A stretch of 60,595 bases of DNA, the filler included, from Bipalium vagum (lineage: Eukaryota): assembly GCA_037834085.1 (NCBI GenBank). It is 3 parts of 3 records of this genome, joined end to end, with 100 filler letters (N's around TTAATTAATTAA, not from the genome) between each part and the next. Parts side by side here need not be neighbours in the genome. Positions count along the whole stretch, not along the records: positions 17,729 to 36,186 come from JBBMKC010028804.1; positions 36,287 to 60,595 come from JBBMKC010201828.1; 1 more part is not named here. The stretch is one strand, 5' to 3'. How positions within the stretch are numbered: the first letter of the stretch is position 1; the number at the start of each line of letters is the position of its first letter. The position numbers and the translations under genes are program-made. This document shows, piece after piece, positions 22,693-36,819 of this stretch. The notes below the pieces were generated by a model. That model had not been told where the DNA came from. It saw only the letters and a list, made by a program, of their open reading frames with translations, and searched no databases.

Positions 22693-25600
22693 TTACATCT
22701 TAAAATCGGATAATTACTTTATACACACCAAGTAGTATAAGTATATCAAGAGTTTGCTTCATGTAATATTTGTAATGTAATGAACACTTAATAGAAAAGA
22801 AACCCACCATCAAAGATAATAAAATAAAAATATAAATAAAAAATAAAAAAATTTTCAGAGGCCATTCATAGTTTAAAAACTGACCCAGAAATCTTAAACC
22901 CAAAGAAACTTATTTGGTTTTATAATTTAAAATTTTACAAAAAAAAATTAACAATGTTTTATATTTAAAATAAATAAATAAAATAATTCTTATAAAATTA
23001 ATATTTCACATAATTAATGTCAATGTCAATTTTTATTTAATTTATTTTTTTGATGTTTTTCAATTGAGAATTTTTAAAAATAATAATTTTAAAAAATATT
23101 ATATTATATTTACTTGCATGAAAAAAATAATAAAAAAATGCATTATAGAATTACGTCGATCAATATAAAAGATTATTTTTTACTTAGTGAATAAAAGAAA
23201 TTATTCAGTCGCTTTCATTCAAAGCCATATTAGATATTTTATTATTTTATTTGATGTTTTTATATAAATTAATATAAGGCAAGTTATATATAACAATTTG
23301 TTCTAACGAGGCTAATATTACAATTAATTAAGAAACATTAAAACAAATATATTAATTTAATAGGATATATTATTAATAAAATTATTAATAATTAATATTA
23401 ATAAAGAAACTAACAAGAAGTTGAATGAAAAACATTTACCAAGCAACTTAGAATTATTCTCCTGAGATTTCTCATGAATTGGATAAAGGCAAAGATAATA
23501 TCAAGAGAAATATACTAATACTCTGTTTTTAAAAATTCCGGATTTCTTTATGATATAATTATTAAAACAATATTTGCCAAAAATGAAAATTCGTTCTTAA
23601 ATCTTATATAAGATGGAAAAATTAGGGTAGAAATATTCCAATTGAAAAAATAATTTATTAAAATAGAGAAATTTTAATAAATGAAATAATTTTTATTTAG
23701 TAAAATAATACTTATATTAATGTTACCTTAATAAAATCTGAATTTAAGTAGAATTAATTTTAAGTATATTTATACGGCTTCTGTCAATTAAAATTTGAAA
23801 GAGATGCCCATCAAATTTAATTATATAAAACTAAATAATAAATATAATAATAATATGATTACTAGTATTAGTGTTATAATTAATAGTAGCAACAGATATG
23901 GAAAATTAAAGTCTACAAAAGGAAAGAGAAATTTGAATAACGTAATGTCATAACGAAAATAAAAATGATAATTAAAAATTAAAAAAGTGAGAATTTATTA
24001 TTTATTTATAAACGATGTACTCTTAAGTTCCAGAATCAATTTTGTACTTAATTTGGTAATAATATTTAATACGGAAATTCCACTTTCAATTAATATATCT
24101 CGTAGCATTAAGCTTATGTACTAATAAAAAAATACTAAAATTAACAAGGTTTTTTCCTTTTTCTAATAAAATAATCTTTTACTGCCATTAAAAGATTACC
24201 GAGATTCGATTTCAGGTCTTAATTTAGTTAAAACTTTTCGACATGTTTCTTTACTTCTCTTTGTGAAATTAAAAAAGTAATGGTAATGTCAGAAAGATGT
24301 GAGGACTATCATACTCTTAGAACATTATAAATATTATAAATATATATAATTAATTAAATTTGGACGCAGTCGCAACGTTATCACCGAGAACAAAATAACC
24401 AGAATCGCTGTTTTTTTCTTTTTTTCTAAATTTTGTATTTTTGAGTTCTTGTTAATAATTAGAAAAACCAAAATGACTAAAGAGTGAAAAAATAAATAAA
24501 AAACTAAAAATTAATTATTCCTGAAATAAATAAATAATATTACCAGGGCGATAATATCCATTTAATATATAATTTTTAAATATACTCAGTTCATGGTAAT
24601 GTACCAAATTTTTAAAGAACAGAATTTTTCTACATAATTTATGAATTAATCTCATCAATTTTTTCATAATTAATGATTTACGAGTTTCTGAGATGACTGT
24701 AAAACGTTTTAATACTACTTTGGAAAAGCTTAGTCCAAATATTGGAGGACGATATAAATTACAGGGAACATCAAAGCGTCAGTTAGATTCAGAGATTATA
24801 TGACAAAGTAACATAAAATCGAAAAGGTTAATACACCAGAGGTTCTTAAAAAGAATTTTTCGTTTCTCTTTATTATTAGGTCGTTTCAAAAGTTCTTTCG
24901 TATTTTATTAACACTTTAAAATTAAAAGATGATTTTATTTATAAAAATACTCCTTATCTTTTCCAATCTTTCTTCATTTACAAACAAGATTCTCCATTCC
25001 TGAAATATTTTTATTAATAATATAAGTTACCTTTTCAAGAGAAATATAACAATATTTGGAAAAATATATCTTATCGATATTGTTAATTGAATTATCGCAT
25101 AAAACTTCAATATTATTTAAACAATTTTAAAATATTCTATGGAAACTATGTAGAAATTTCGCCAATATTGATTTAATATCAGAACCTTGTTTTTCAACAG
25201 TGTTTCATGTTCAAAGAAACTCGACGACTTATATACCTTATATAACAAACATCCGTTTTGGTAATGAAAAAATTGAGATGTTTCCTTTTTTGTTGGTACT
25301 CGTTTTTGAAACCCGAAATATCATTAAAGATTTTCGAGATAAATTAAAATAAATTTAAAATAATGATAAAAATTTTTTTCAATGTAGAATTTTTTTGAAA
25401 CATAATTGTTATAATTACACCCTCTCAAAAATTAATGGGCTGTACTCCCAAATAAGAGAAACGAACAGCTCAAATCAAAAATTCTTACAAAACTGTAATG
25501 TAACGATTTAATATTTAGTTTTTGAAAATTATTTTATCAAGTATCGATAATCTTTAATTTTATTAAATAATTAATAAAAAGATGGTTTTTCAATCAATAA

Positions 25601-25859
25601 TACCTTGAGGTTTTTTGTAAATATCAAAAACTATGCTTCTCTTAATAACAGCGAAATATTAAGAAATAATAATTAACAATAGTAAAAAAATCGTTGTTTT
25701 CATCATTGTGATCAAAATAAAAAGGTGCCAGCTGATGGTCTACAAGAAAAGATGATAAAAACTCATTATTACAAGGTAATTATTATAAGGTAATAACAAA
25801 AAATTATAAATCGTAATATTTATTAAATATCATAATAAAATTTCTTGTGGATATTTTTT

Positions 25860-26140
25860 GAATATTTTATCTCTTCGTCCAGTAGTACGGGCGTATACAT
25901 GAACATAAGCCCTTTATTATGACTATCTTATTCTTAAGTAGTCTCCATATGAATTCTATTCTCTTCGTATGAACACCGGTCTCTCTTTTCACAAAATTCA
26001 TCTCATGATTCACTATTAGATGGGAATAATGTTTAGGTCTCCAAGTGTCTATTGCTTACCCCAACAGTGTCAAGCATCTTGACATAAGTAAAAACACGTT
26101 TTTTACAGTTTAAGAAATTTACCCAGGGATCACCCATTTG
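25860..26140 (-). mobile_element. Merlin (IS1595/ISXO2-type) transposase remnant
   Basis: HLIVNHEMNFVKRETGVHTKRIEFIWRLLKNKI matches the Merlin/IS1595 VNH..FV...TG.HT..IE..W motif. Confidence 0.75.
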
Positions 26141-26706
26141 AAGTGGAAAATATCAAAGTTATTTGATGACACATATCAATACTGTTCAAAGCGTTAATTC
26201 AAGTTTTAAATAATAAAACTTTTTTAAGGTTTTCTTTTTTTAAATATATGCGACTTTTATAAAGTAATTGCATCTTTTAAAAAATAAAGGCAAATTAAAT
26301 AATTAATGCACTTTTTTTCAAAATTGTCTAACAATCTTTTACACACCAAATTCAAATCAGATTTTCAAATTTCCAAAAGGTTTATTGATGAAAATTTCAC
26401 AAGCCACATTTTGGTTTATTTTATTCTTTATTTTTTATATTTTCTATCAGTTAAAACAATTCCATATCCATAAAACAATTCTCCATATTTCTTTATATAT
26501 ATATATATAATAGTTCTCAACAAAATAAGTAGGAAATTTTAGAAATATGAACAAAATAGTATAATAAATTACTGATTTTAATTATCTTGTCAAATGATAA
26601 AATTTTATTTAAACAAAAGTCATTAATTTGATTGGTCTAATAATAAACCAATAAAAAGTAATGAAAATCATATTTAATTCCATCTTTCCAGTTGGGCTGT
26701 ATTAAA

Positions 26707-27983
26707 ATGACTGCACATGCCTCGAATGAATCCGGTAGAGGAAAAGTTGAATTGTGTAAGTTTTTATGGATTGAATTTTTCGGATATTTTTATATCCAAA
26801 CTGGAATTTGTTTTGTTGGATTTTGTTTAAACCTTCTCTGTCTTTTTGTATTCCACAAAAGACATTTTCACAGAGTGGTTCACTATTTTATGGCAGCTCT
26901 GGCATTTTTTGATATGCTAACCCTTCTGATAATAATGCCTCAAGGGTTGTTGAGGTTAGAATGAATTTATTCCATGATTAAATATAACGATATTTTGTTC
27001 ACAGATGTTCAGATGCCACCAACCATTACTTTATCTATTGTCAAAACGAAGGATTTAAGAATTTTCGCTTAGTACTTTACATGTATACGATTTATTTCGC
27101 ATTTCCCTTCAGCAACATCACCGAGTGTATGTCAACCTTTATCATTTTGATGTTGACATGGGAACGATATCAAGTCATGAAAGGTCTTTATCATTACAAC
27201 TTTAAATCGACCTCTTATGTTTATTCAATTATCTCAACTTTGATTATAATTTCTATCGTCTTAAACTTTCCTTTCTTTTTCGTACAAGAAAATGTGAAAA
27301 TCAAACATAGTCTTATGGTTACATCGAAAACGTCGAATGTTTCCTATCTCCGTAATCTGACGACCATTAAGACGATATTTACCGAATTTGGCAAAAGTCA
27401 ATTTTACTGGTATTACCTCTGGATGAGAATGGTTATCATTCCGATTTTCGTACTACTTGTCGTCACAATCTTATCCATTCTCTTAATAAAGGTTACACAT
27501 CGTTCATTTAAAAACTATTCTTTACTTTTGAACCGGAAGTCGGATCCGGAATTCAACAGTCGTCAAATAAACTCCATTTTTACCCGTCGTATCGAAATCG
27601 AACTTCAGCTGACTTCTCTGTTGATTCTTTTGATTTTGTTGTTCATTTTTGGTCAATTTCCTCAAGCTTTTTCCTTTATCCAACTGTACGAGAAAATAAC
27701 GAGAAATTATTTCCCACCAGGACCAGGACCAGTAGAATGTAGATATGATTATAAAATATACCGAATGATTTCATATTTCCTCTCACTGTGTACGTACGGG
27801 TTTCCTTTCTTTTTATATGTCGTGTTTGATGGGGCCTTTCGGAAGGCTTTACTGAGAGCGCTATTGTGCAGAAAGAGTCGTGGTGACGAGGATATTGATT
27901 TCATGGACAGTCAAGAAACATTCAATTTAAGCACGGTAAACCCCGTAACATTCTTGTCCCAAAATGCAACGATACATCAATAG
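26707..27983 (+). CDS. Rhodopsin-family peptide-type GPCR (FMRFamide-receptor-like group), two coding exons
   Basis: Exon 26707-26954, phase-2 intron 26955-27004 (50 nt, GT-AG), exon 27005-27983, in frame. Seven hydrophobic segments; TM1 GFCLN, TM2 ALAFFD, TM3 LTWERY, TM4 LNFPFF, TM6 GQFPQA, TM7 FPFFLY..FR. An acceptor at 26690-26691 suggests an upstream exon. Confidence 0.9.
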
Positions 27984-29895
27984 TAAAAAAAAAGTGGCGT
28001 GACTTCGTTTTCACCTAAAATTATTTATTTATTTTTCTATCTGATCGAAATGCTTCTGTCATGGAGATCTGATAGAACTATTATTACTATATCACATGTG
28101 CCTGTCTGAAATGCATGTCAATATTGAAAAAAAATTAATTGATGAAAACCAAAAAAAAATCCTCTTGGCTCGATCAGTGATATTCTGAAGATGTCAGATT
28201 TTATCTTTATCCTCGATATATCTGTTAAATTACATCAAAACTCATTTGTTTTTCTTCGGGGTTTTTTTTTTGTTTAATCAAAATATTGTTCCCGTGCTTT
28301 TCATATTTTCACTCTTGTACCATGAATGTTCTTGTTGTGATCGTCGAAATGATAACATTATTTATAATGAAGTAAATAAAAACTGTGGAAACATTAAATT
28401 TCAATTAAATTATATTAATAAATAATCAGTGAAAAAACAATCAAAATTATCAGGTGTCTAGTGATAATTAATATCGTTTGTTTACTTCATTCGTTTTAAA
28501 AACGTTTGTGTAAACATTTATTAACATTACCTCGAAACAAGTACGAGATAAAGTTAGAGCTATTTATATCGTGAATATGATTTACTACATAGAGATTTTT
28601 TATTGATTTATTTTATTCAGTTTTATTTGAATTTTAAAATGATAGATGAAAACCATATTAGAAATTAAAAAAATGAATAATATGATTAAATTTCAGACTA
28701 ATTTGTAAGTTGATTATTATTTATTTTTTAAAAATTAAATAAATATTAAGTCGTCAGAATTTTGCATAAATTAATGACAATTTTCTTGCAATGTTTCTTT
28801 TATTATATTTTCATTTTACACTCAGTTTAAAAAAATATTATTAGAATAAATTAATTATAAAATATTATATTATGAAATATTATATAATTATTAAATATTT
28901 TTTGATTAACCGGTTAAAATTTCAACTGACTTCTTAACTAGCGCAAAATCAGAAAAATGACCTCATTTATCAACATTTATTTATTTATTTCTAATTAGAA
29001 ATTAAACATTTTTCAATCGGCTTTTATTAGAAATATAAATAATATAACGAAATATTTCTTCACAAACCAGCGATTTTAAAAAAGAGATTTAGTTAATATT
29101 TTAATTAAACTGAGTTTATTTTTTAAAAAGTATTTAGTAATAGAGACAAAAAAAATTTCTTAATTAATTTAACAGTGATTTTCAAAGTGATGGTATTGAA
29201 GAAGAAAACAATAAAAATTGGATACAAGATTTCGGAAGATAATACAAATGAATTTTCTCCCGCTTTATATTTATATGTTAGTGAAACTTATTTTCATTCA
29301 TAATGAAAGTCCTAATTAGCCTTTTCCTAATAGCACTAGAGAAAAAAAATTGTTTTGTCTGAAAGTGAAAACCAAAATATCTTTTGTCAAAACCCTTTTA
29401 ATCATCACTGTTTTGGTCCAAAATATTGTGTCATTTATCTTCAGTTAATTTTCTTCACTTTTTTCTACACTCAGAATATATCTGAGATTCGTTTCCAGTG
29501 AATTTTTTGTTTTATATATGTGCTTCAAATAAGATTAAAATAGGCAAAATGAGCGTATCAGGCGCTGTCTGACATGCGTCTTGAAGAAAAGGCTTTCTGC
29601 TAATAATGGGAATCGTTAGAAATTCAAAAGTACTCTTTACCAATCTCATTAAACTGAGAGTATCATCCACATATCACGGATTCCTGGATGTGCAGGGTTT
29701 GGAAAAGTTGATCATTTCTGCTTCACTTCTGTTAGAGAAAATATTTTATTTACATTTATTTCGTTCTAATGATTTTCTTAAAGAATCAGACATTCTCCTT
29801 ATACTTCATCAGTAACCTAATTTAGTTATTTAATGAAGAATTTTGAGATATCAATTTTTACATACGCAGTCTTACACCATATATATATATATATA

Positions 29896-30140
29896 TACGA
29901 AAGATGTCCAAACATTGTTTGAAGATTACCTCACGAGTTCGTTTTTGTTTAATGGTTAGCAAACGCGGCACCCATCTTGCTGAAAGTTTTTTCATAGGCC
30001 AATGGACTTGGACAATGGAATGTTTGGACTCGTTCATATGAGATGCTTACAATGTCAACTATCTCATGAACTTTGACTCAACGATCTTCCAAAACAATGT
30101 CATGGATTTTATTGATCATTTTTTGCGTAGTCATCTCCAA
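29896..30140 (-). mobile_element. Mariner transposase remnant
   Basis: INKIHDIVLEDR*VKVHEI, then KKLSARWVPRLL in a shifted frame. Confidence 0.8.
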
Positions 30141-31009
30141 AAATAGAAGTTGGTTGATTATTAGAAGTTAAGGCATAAAAAGGCTATAAAACATGTTTTA
30201 TATGAACTTGTATGAGTGTAATAAAGAAATTATAGATTCTTTATTGCAAAGTTGCTTGGCAATATTATATTTATCTTCATATGATAATTTTTTACTCATT
30301 CCTGATTTTGAAAATGTTATGCCAAAATATTATTAAAACAAATTATTGATATTTTTGGACCAAGAATTTTATTTTTTATATGAAAATATAGAGAAATATG
30401 ATAAGTACAAATTATTGGTCCAAATATGGAGTTTTATCCGATTATAGAAGTGGTCCATTTCAGAAATTGGTCTAAAATAGAAGTTGCACTGTATATATCG
30501 AGTAACTTAGGTATATAAATCTTGATCATTCAATCTGATTCCTGGTCAAAGATTCTTCTTCTTTAAATACTCTAAAATGTTCCCAATCACTTAAAAAGTA
30601 TTGTAATAATAATTATGGAATATTTTCATTATTAAAAAAGTTTATGAAAAATGTTACTTGATACATTAAACTCGTTTTTATGAGATGAATTTATAAGAAA
30701 TCTTGTTCTCGGGTGTTGTAATCATAATAAAAATTTTATTATATTTTTTATGTTTTTCAATGTGATTTTCAGAATTTTGAATTAATTCGAGAGAAAAAAT
30801 AAAATCATACAAAATTAAGATTAAAAATGGGATTATCAATTTGGTTTTCATATTTTTCAAATGAAAAATCTTTTCAATTTTTTGTTACTTACAATTCATT
30901 TTAATTACTAAAATAATTTTTTTTTATTATGAAATTTTTTTATTTAAGTTTCTATTTTGATTATTATTGAGTTGTTACCATTTTAATTTTTTATTTGAAA
31001 GGACACAAT

Positions 31010-31400
31010 AATTTTTGCTTATTTGGCTTGGACTGATGTTAAGGAAGAGACAAAATATAACTGTTTTAAGCATTTAAAGACAATCGAATGTGCAAACGTT
31101 GAAAACAATACTGACGCAAACGATAGTTATTATAAAATCTTTCTTAAGCATCCGACATTTTTGAGCGGATGAATGAAAATTACTTTTTAAATGTGGAGTA
31201 TACAGCAAATGATGAAATTATTCACGAATCATCTGATTCCAATTCTGGAAGTATTTTAGAATAAGTTAATGAGATTGAAGAAGAAATAGAAGAGATAATA
31301 GATCAGGAAAAAATACTTTATGACACTTAAACTATATTTAAAAAACATTGACAATTACTTAAGCCAAAAAACTGAAATGGACTAAATCGATTTGAATTTT
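31010..31400 (+). mobile_element. pogo/Tigger transposase C-terminal remnant
   Basis: LAWTDVKEETKYNCFKH resembles the pogo AW..V....I.NCF motif and is followed by an acidic stretch. Confidence 0.55.
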
Positions 31401-32504
31401 TAAAAATAATTGTTTATATATAAAAAATTTTATTATATTTTGTTTTATGTTTTCCAAGCTATATCAATTAATTCCAAAGGGATTTTAGCATATTTTATTC
31501 GAAAATAATTTTTTTCTTTTATTTATTTTTTAATTTTATTCAATTATTTGTGTCTCGCAAGACACAGAAAAGTGTAAAAATATATTCTGTTAAACATTTT
31601 ATACAAAGAATTAAGAAAAAAATATAAATTATAAAATAATCATAATCGCCGAAATAATATTAACAATTATTATTAAAACAAACTGCAACTTTCATCGTGT
31701 ATTTTTTCGTTGAATTTGACTTAACCTTTTTAAATTATTTTTTTATTAAATTAAATTATTAATTAATTAATTAAGGACAATAAAACTTTAATTCGAAAAA
31801 ATCATTAATTATTTAAAAAAAAAGCCTTATTTTATAATATCTAACAAATAGCAAAATAAATAATTACTATTAATTAATTACCAATATATTTCTATCCAAC
31901 TTTATTCCTCAGTGAATTTCTTAATCTGTTCCATTTGGCAAAAATTAGATAAAATAAACATAATAAAGAAAAAAGTGCTTTATGATTAAGATTGTATACA
32001 TATTCCGTTGTATTAAAAAAAAGTCCAGTAAGAGGAAGATATCTGACTGTTTTAAAAATAATATATTTTTGTAAAAGTTGTCCCTTATTGGTTAATTTTA
32101 AAAATAATGATGAAAAATATAATCAATTTTTTTCTATATCAGATTTTTTTTCGAATAATTGAACCGTTTACAATTTTTACAATATTTATAGATATACCTT
32201 TACGTGTTTCGTTATAAATAATTATTATAATTAATGCCATTTTTGCATATGGAGCGAACTATTTGTTGGACCGATTCTTAATGAGGCTGATTATAAATTT
32301 GTTGACCAAACGACATTTTTCATTATTGCACTTCAGGCCTATTTGTGTTTTAACAATAATCTCACAGCATTTTTACGTGGGTAAGATTCATTTAACATTT
32401 GGAATTTAAGGTCTTCCTGACCAGATAAACTTCTATATAATGTTCTTCGATATTGCGTACATTTTAATATTATTTGTACCATATACATTTTTTTTCATAA
32501 TAAA

Positions 32505-34850
32505 ACCATAAACCCCTTGACATTACGTGAGCCTCGATATAACGTATGCTGATCTCGATATATTTTTTAAAAGTTCAATGAAATTGCTTAAAATTATGGG
32601 TTGAACATAATGATGAAAAAGTAATGAGAAATACTGATGATTTATTGAAAAAGAACACATAACATTTCTCTGATGAGTTAAATATTACGAATTTTTAAAG
32701 AATCAAATGGATGGATTAGCAATTTCAAAAAGAAATTGACTGAGAAGGTATGCATACCGATCCAAAAGAAAGTCAACACCTTAAAATCTTCAACAATTTA
32801 GTATTTAAAGTGCTGTAAAACAAACAATTTTTTGCATGTTATGGAATATTTATTTACCAATGCAATACATTAAAAATATATTCAGTATTTTGTAGATCCA
32901 CCGCGCAATTTGATTACTTTCTTCAAAAGAGTAGGTATACTCAAAATCAGATTATTGATGAATTCTCGTGAAATGCTTCCCATTCTGACCTGACCAGTAC
33001 CCATAGATCTTTTGTGTTGCTAATATCTTTTCCATTAATTCTTCTATCAATATAGTTCCATATATGCTCAACCGGATTTAAATCTGGAAATTGTGGTGGC
33101 CAATCCAGGATAACAATTATTGATTTTTGTTCCAACCACATTTTCACCGATTTCGCTTTATGACATGGTGCATTATCTTGTTGAAATAGATGTTCATCTT
33201 CTGGATGCAGTCTAGAAATAGACTGAAGCAAACCTTTCTTCAAAATCTCAAAAAAATCAGACATTTTTATTTTTGTCTGTGACATTTACCAGCACTCTCA
33301 CACCATTATGGCTGAAGCAGCCCCAAACTAAAATCCCATTATTAAATTTCGATGTTTGCAAGACATTCCGGTAGGAAAGCTGTATTTGATCTTCTAATAC
33401 ATATTTTGGTCGATCTGACAATAAAGATAACCAAGATTCGTCAGATAGGATCACTGATCTCCAATACTCAAATGTTTCATTTTCATATTTTTAGCCCATT
33501 CCAATCTTTTGTGAATATTAGCAGAAGATAACATCAGTTTGCGGCGGCTTTGGTGGAACCTAAGTCCGAAAGTCTGCAATCGACGAGAAATTGTCGATTT
33601 GCTTATGCTGACACCTGAAATCTCTGAGTATAAAAAACATCTTGATATTTTTATATTTTTCAAAGTTAACATTTTTAAGTGCCATCTCTTGGCCTCGTTT
33701 TCAATGAATTACCACAACCTTTTGCTCTGCTTACAGTCTGAGTTATACATTCTTTTAAAATAATCTTCTGAGAAACAGATAACTGATATTTTTCCAACAT
33801 CATCCTACATATCTGTCTATAGGAAATCCCTAATTCGTAAAATGTGCATACCTTTGAACGGTTTTCATTTGATAATTGATAGTCACGTGTGGAATTCATT
33901 ACTGTGTATCTCTTAACCATAAGATAAAGACTCTTTATGGTGACTTTTAAAAATATATTACTTCAGTATTATAAAAAAAGGGAGGGTCAAATTTTTGATT
34001 TTGCAATTTTCAAACGAAATAATTTGAAATTTGAACGAACAACATTATTGAACGTATTTCAATTATATTTCATCTAAAACCTTAAGTAACCCTTAATAAA
34101 GTAATATGATTATTGCTGGCAAAAAATAAAAAACACAAACCTTTACTTAAAAGTTGTAATACAACACTATTCTACATTAAATAAAAGTTAAAATTTGTGT
34201 ACTGGCTTTAGTTTCAAATGGTCTACAAAATACAAAACTCGTTTCTGATCGTCTTTAAATTTGTTGATTTTATAGCACTTTAAATAAAAAATTAATAAAA
34301 ATTTTAAGGTGTTAACTTTTTTATGGACCGTAGTGTACATTATGCGAAGAAACTATATCATACGATATTAATTTTGAAAAAGAAGCTTGGGTTTTATAAA
34401 TATCTGCATATATTTAATATTGATGAATTAGTACTTGATTTCAAGGAAATTCTATCAAAATTATTTCAAGAATGAATAGAACAAATATTAACCATTTCAA
34501 AACAAGGGTAACCAATGCATTATGTATTGTAATAGTAATGTTGATGGATCATATAAAGGAAGCCTATATTTATCGGAATATGAAAATCTCTACGACGCTC
34601 TCAAAATAAGCTTGGGTAATATATGAATTTTTTAACAAATTTCTTTTACATTTCAATTCTCAAATTTCTTATGACGAAAGAAAAGTTTAATTTTGTTAAA
34701 AAACGCAAACTATTATAAATTAATTCCACTCTCAAATATCGAACTTCATTTTTACCAAAAATTCTATTGGAATATGGCAGCCGATGAAAGGCAGTATAAT
34801 TAATAGCTTTAAGACCAAAGACCAATTGTTACTTTGAAATTATTATATTA
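32505..34850 (+). mobile_element. Degenerate pogo/Tigger element interrupted by a Tc1 insertion
   Basis: CCTCGATATAACG Tigger-like terminal motif at ~32532. CENP-B-type HTH fragment KESNGWISNFKK lies before 32750. After 34337 come IFNIDE and KTRVT...NVDGS.K..FIG DDE fragments. Confidence 0.7.
32753..34335 (-). mobile_element. Full-length (~1.58 kb) but inactivated Tc1 (DD34E) transposon
   Basis: Imperfect inverted ends (CATACCGATCCAAAAGAAAGTCAACACCTTAAAAT.. / ..ATTTTAAGGTGTTAACTTTTTTATGGACCGTAGTG) with TA on the right and TG on the left. The transposase is split over four ORFs: ILSDES, VWGCFS, FQQDNAPCH, WPPQFPDLNPVEHIW. Confidence 0.92.
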
Positions 34851-35109
34851 TATTTAATTGAATATTTATAAAGTAATCATATTTTTAAAAAATGAAATTC
34901 CTCCGATATTTGGTACTTTTTCCGTTGCACAGACATGTCAAAGTTTACCTGAATTAGGCTATGAAATTAATAATTTCGTTTTACCTCTCATTTTGTGAAG
35001 TTGTTTAAATAATACATATTATTTTATGAATATCTAAATTTAATAAATAGATGGAACAGATATAATTGATAAACTTAATTTGAAAAACTTCTAAAATTTT
35101 AATTTTATA

Positions 35110-35454
35110 GAATGGACCTACCCCCAGATTTAATCCAAATCAAATACAGAACTTCGGATGGAAAGTCTTACCACATTCACCATATTCTCTTGATCCGATA
35201 CTATCGGATTACTATTTATTTATTATTAAATTATTTGAATGACCAGAGATTTTAAAAAAGCCATCAAAACAGAGATCTCATAATTTTTTTGTCTCAAAAA
35301 ACCGGAATTATATAGTAAAGGTATTGAAACTTTAACACTCAGATGGTTTCATGCCTTTAAAATTTGATAAAGAATACATCATTGATTGACATTCAAGAAC
35401 CTTTTTATTGTATTGATTTAAATATGAAAACACTTATTCTTTATCCCAATATAA
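35110..35454 (+). mobile_element. Mariner 3' remnant
   Basis: IQNFGWKVLPHSPYSLDPILSDYYLF corresponds to the HPPYSPDLAPSDYHLF motif. Confidence 0.75.
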
Positions 35455-36082
35455 AATGAGTGAAGTTATGAAATTCGATATCATCCAGGCCATTCACATT
35501 CAGATATAGTCTTTTTCAAAGTCGATAACAAGAACAAAAAATTTTTTTAAAAATGTAATTTTTAGAATCAAAATTGTGGAGTTCTTCATGGGCACGAACC
35601 AAAGAGACACCAGGGTCTGAAATACCAATAATACTATAATAAAAAAATATATTAATTAACAGATATATATATATATTAATAAAAAGTTACGTTATCTTGC
35701 TTTCAGATCGCAATCAGGGTCAGGAAATTGTATTAATGGGCAATTGATTGTAGTACATTGGGCTATTCTGGAAAATAACCTTTCCATAAGGCAGAATTTC
35801 CTTTAGAGAATACTGATAAAAAGGAAATGAATTAAGAAACAGTGTCAATGTCAGAAGAACTTATCAAGGAAGAGCTTCACAAAATTTTGTCAAATAGAAG
35901 TGTCGGAAGAATTTGTACAACCGATCCTTAGGTGCATTAACAATTTGTTTTTAGCAACAGCAGGATAATGCAAAGGGTTTAAGAATTCTTAGGCGATCGT
36001 ACAGGTCTAGTGGACAACCCGGGTACCCATTGATTGCTCCTTTGTGAAAACAATTTATTGTTTACTTTCTTTTGTTTAATGA

Positions 36083-36186
36083 TTAGGTTGGTGCAAAAGT
36101 ATTGCAATTGACTTTGTTTTGTATAGACAGTCGTATTTCATTAGTAAAATCAGTGTTTCTTGATAAAATTATGCAGTATTAGTCTT
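36083..36186 (+). mobile_element. Mariner TIR at contig end
   Basis: TTAGGTTGGTGCAAAAGTATTGC is a typical mariner terminal repeat. Confidence 0.65.
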
Positions 36187-36286
36187 NNNNNNNNNNNNNN
36201 NNNNNNNNNNNNNNNNNNNNNNNNNNNNNNTTAATTAATTAANNNNNNNNNNNNNNNNNNNNNNNNNNNNNNNNNNNNNNNNNNNN
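36187..36286. other. Artificial assembly spacer N44-TTAATTAATTAA-N44
   Basis: Identical to the spacer at 17629-17728. Confidence 0.97.
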
Positions 36287-36323
36287 AGTTGATTTTTAAA
36301 AAAGTTATGACTTCTTAAAGTAT

Positions 36324-36819
36324 ATGGTTATAAATCGCAATTACTCTTTTGGAAACCTAATATACCGAAGTGTTTCGGTAAGAGTCATTCAAGTTTTTGT
36401 TCTCTTCCTTTTCCCAATAATCATAAGCTTTTTATTCTATATATCCATCATAGTCAAACTTTTCGTTATAAGTTCAAATTTGAATATAAGAAACAACGCA
36501 CTAAAGTGAACCATGGGCTGCTTGGGTTATGGGTTGAGTATGGTGTTATACTGTATTTGTGTCATATTTCTTTGGAAGGATTATGGAAAGAAGTTGCGGG
36601 CAACCATGTGGCTAAGGTTTGCCATCAGAGCATCTTATGGCATGTCACCGGTGATCAAGCTTAGTATAAAACGTATTTATATATATATATAATTATACTT
36701 TTCAGATGTTGTACATAATCCTCGACCAAAACATTATATAGAAATCCAATGATATTATCAAAAGAGCCACAAAGCATGTCAATAACAATGTCTTGGAACA
36801 TCCAACGTCTTCGAAGTGA
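36324..36819 (+). pseudogene. Orphan 7TM receptor paralogue 1 (3' half, two in-frame stops)
   Basis: LFPIIISFLFYISIIVKL..NNALK*TMGCLGYG..MWLRFAIRASYGMSP|intron|MLYIILDQNII*KS. Closest to the 41459 copy. The 5' part is missing next to the gap. Confidence 0.88.

Noticed and set aside
30678-30860. Short ORF with an N-terminal hydrophobic stretch resembling a type II membrane protein
   Set aside because: No convincing downstream exons; Ile/Phe/Lys-rich ORFs arise by chance at this AT content.
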